Assembly: GCA_041497895.1 (NCBI GenBank)
Contig: JBGQHJ010000008.1
Coordinates: forward strand, 1-62,096
Direction of reading: 5' to 3'
DNA from: Candidatus Methylomirabilia bacterium
GTDB lineage: Bacteria > Methylomirabilota > Methylomirabilia > Rokubacteriales > CSP1-6
Length of the DNA: 62,096 nt
Shown: positions 59,925-62,096 of the stretch, piece after piece
Layout of the letters: the number at the start of each line of letters is the position of its first letter
How positions within the stretch are numbered: position 1 is the first letter of the stretch
The notes under the pieces: generated by a model
Database searches by the model: none
The model's input: the letters and a program-made list of their open reading frames with translations, nothing else
Told to the model about the DNA's origin: nothing
Program-made: the position numbers and the translations under genes

Positions 59925-61826
59925 ATGGCGACGATCTACGACGAGGTCTACCAGCGCGCGCGGCGTGACCCGGAGGGATTCTGGGCCGCCGCGGCCGAGG
60001 ACATCCACTGGGAGCGGCGGTGGGACCGGGTGCTCGACTCGACCCGGCCGCCCTACTACCGCTGGTTCCAGGGCGGCCGGCTCAACACCTGCTACAACGC
60101 CCTCGACCTGCACGTCGACCGCGGCCGCGGCAAGCAGCTCGCCCTGATCTACGACTCGCCGGTGACGCAGACCGTGCGGTCCTTCACCTACCTCGAGCTG
60201 CGCGATCAGGTCGCCCGCTTCGCCGGCGCGCTGCGGCGGCAGGGCGTGGCGCAGGGCGACCGGGTCATCATCTACATGCCGATGGTGCCGGAGGCGGTGA
60301 TCGCGATGCTCGCCTGCGCGCGCCTCGGCGCCATCCACTCGGTGGTCTTCGGCGGCTTCGCGCCCAAGGAGCTGGCCACCCGCATCGACGACGCGAAGCC
60401 GAGCCTGATGCTCTCCGCCTCCTGCGGCATCGAGGGCAGCCGGGTCATCCCGTACAAGCCGTTGCTCGACCAGGCCATCGACATGGCCTCGCACAAGCCG
60501 ACGCGCTGCCTGATCCTGCAGCGGCCGATGGAGACGGCCCGCATGCTGCCGGGCCGCGACGTGGACTGGCAGGAGGCGGTCGCGGCCGCGTCGCCGGTGG
60601 AGTGCGTGCCGGTGGCCGCGACCGACCCGCTCTACATCCTGTACACCTCGGGCACGACCGGGATTCCCAAGGGCGTGGTGCGCGACAACGGGGGCCACGC
60701 GGTCGCGCTCAAGTGGAGCATGGGCGCGGTGTACGGCATGGGCGCGGGCGAGGTGTACTGGGCCGCCTCCGACATCGGCTGGGTGGTGGGCCACTCCTAC
60801 ATCGTGTACGCGCCGCTGCTCAAGGGTTGCACCACCATCCTCTACGAGGGCAAGCCGGTGGGCACCCCGGATCCGGGGGCGTTCTGGCGGGTGTGCGCCC
60901 AGCACGGGGTGAACGCGCTGTTCACCGCCCCCACCGCGTTCCGGGCCATCAAGAAGGAAGACCCGCGGGGCGAGCACATGGGCCGCTACGACCTGTCGCG
61001 CTTCCGCACCCTGTTCCTGGCCGGCGAGCGCTGCGATCCCGACACGCTGATCTGGGCGCGCGAGCGCCTTGCCGTGCCGGTGGTGGACCACTGGTGGCAG
61101 ACCGAGACCGGCTGGCCGATGGCCGCGAACTGCGTCGGACTCGGCATGCTGCCGGTGAAGCCGGGCTCGCCGACCAAGGTGGTGCCGGGCTACGACATCC
61201 AGGTGCTCGGCGACGACAACCGCGAGGTGCCCGCGGGCCAGATCGGGTCGATCGCGGTGAAGCTGCCGATGCCGCCCGGCTGCCTGCCCACGCTCTGGCA
61301 CAACGACGCGGGCTACGAGCGGTCGTACCTCGAGCGGCATCCCGGTTTCTACCTCACCGGGGACGCGGGCTACAAGGACGAGGACGAGTACATCTACATC
61401 ATGAGCCGCGTGGACGACATCATCAACGTGGCCGGGCACCGGCTCTCCACCGGGGCGATGGAGGAGGTGCTCTCCTCGCATCCGGACGTGGCGGAGTGCG
61501 CGGTGATGGGCGTGACCGACGAGATCAAGGGCGAGGTGCCGGTGGGGTTCGTGGTCACCAAGGCGGGCGTGGCGCGGACCGACGCCGACCTCTGCCGCGA
61601 GCTGGTCGAGCTGGTGCGCGAGCGCATCGGGCCGGTGGCCGCGTTCAAGACGGTGGCGGTGGTGAAGCGTCTGCCCAAGACCCGCTCCGGCAAGATCCTC
61701 CGGGGGACCATGAAGAAGATGGCGGACGGCGTCGAGTACGGCGTGCCCGCCACCATCGACGATCCCGCCATCCTCGGCGAGATCGGCGACTCCCTCAAAT
61801 CCCTCGGCTACCCCCGGAACGGCTAG
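59925..61826 (+). CDS. prpE: Propionyl-CoA synthetase
   Basis: YTSGTTGIPKGVVRDNGG, YEGKPVGTPD, DHWWQTETGW, LPKTRSGKILR. Confidence 0.92.
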   Translation: MATIYDEVYQRARRDPEGFWAAAAEDIHWERRWDRVLDSTRPPYYRWFQGGRLNTCYNALDLHVDRGRGKQLALIYDSPVTQTVRSFTYLELRDQVARFAGALRRQGVAQGDRVIIYMPMVPEAVIAMLACARLGAIHSVVFGGFAPKELATRIDDAKPSLMLSASCGIEGSRVIPYKPLLDQAIDMASHKPTRCLILQRPMETARMLPGRDVDWQEAVAAASPVECVPVAATDPLYILYTSGTTGIPKGVVRDNGGHAVALKWSMGAVYGMGAGEVYWAASDIGWVVGHSYIVYAPLLKGCTTILYEGKPVGTPDPGAFWRVCAQHGVNALFTAPTAFRAIKKEDPRGEHMGRYDLSRFRTLFLAGERCDPDTLIWARERLAVPVVDHWWQTETGWPMAANCVGLGMLPVKPGSPTKVVPGYDIQVLGDDNREVPAGQIGSIAVKLPMPPGCLPTLWHNDAGYERSYLERHPGFYLTGDAGYKDEDEYIYIMSRVDDIINVAGHRLSTGAMEEVLSSHPDVAECAVMGVTDEIKGEVPVGFVVTKAGVARTDADLCRELVELVRERIGPVAAFKTVAVVKRLPKTRSGKILRGTMKKMADGVEYGVPATIDDPAILGEIGDSLKSLGYPRNG

Positions 61827-61911
61827 GGGTCAGGTCTTTACATTCCGACATTTCCACGCGCCCGGCCACTCACTCGGTCGCGAAAAATGTCGGAATGTAA
61901 GACCTGACCCC
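61826..61911. repeat. REP/MITE-like inverted-repeat element, copy 2
   Basis: Left arm 61826-53 (one extra T), right arm 61885-911, 31-nt spacer. The 15-mer CCTGACCCCGGGCTT is repeated at 61903 and 61924. Confidence 0.92.
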
Positions 61912-61936
61912 GGGCTTTGGCCGCCTGACCCCGGGC

Positions 61937-62096
61937 TTAGGACGCCGCGAGGCGGCGGCGGGCGGCCATGCCGAGCGCGGTCAGGCTGCTGCCCAGGAGC
62001 AGCAGGGTGGCCGGCTCCGGGGCCTCGGCCGGGGGCTCGTCGTGGCTGTTGGTGAACTCGCTGATGAACGCGTCCTGCAGCAGCTGGATGTCCTTC
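61937..62096 (-). CDS. C-terminus of a PEP-CTERM exosortase-substrate protein (partial)
   Basis: ...DEPPAEAPEPATLLLLGSSLTALGMAARRRLAAS*: PEP motif, TM helix and Arg cluster. Confidence 0.88.
   Translation of the reverse strand, partial: KDIQLLQDAFISEFTNSHDEPPAEAPEPATLLLLGSSLTALGMAARRRLAAS

Noticed and set aside
54455..61911. CRISPR array (conserved repeats with about 32-nt variable spacers)
   Set aside because: The repeats are inverted pairs 7 kb apart rather than tandem direct repeats, and there are no cas genes.

Overview
Very GC-rich (roughly 70% or more by eye), gene-dense bacterial chromosome segment of about 65 genes. The gene mix suggests Candidatus Rokubacteria/Methylomirabilota or a similar soil lineage, which is an inference: orphan ABC substrate-binding proteins, a PPOX/F420-type oxidoreductase, a PEP-CTERM protein and many leaderless-looking starts. 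Content is mostly catabolic enzymes, transporters and two-component proteins, plus citrate synthase and propionyl-CoA synthetase. I saw no rRNA, tRNA, CRISPR array, transposase or phage genes. Several signals are missed by the ORF track. (1) An AhpD/CMD-family gene is split by an in-frame TGA in a C-V-H-U (CxxU) motif and followed by a SECIS-like hairpin, so it is a probable selenoprotein (21165-21740). (2) A Rho paralog keeps its ATPase but has the RNA-binding N-domain replaced by an Arg-rich/(GQ)n disordered tail (41937-42956). (3) Six sigma54 -24/-12 motifs occur, several with upstream palindromes. (4) Two REP/MITE-like elements have conserved 27-28 bp arms and different 31-32 nt spacers. 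(5) A GlrK/QseG-like locus looks decayed, with an in-frame TAG and a truncated ferritin-like gene. (6) Smaller items are a 27-aa deletion-scar ORF, a probable AUU-initiated exported protein and an uncalled 58-aa protein.
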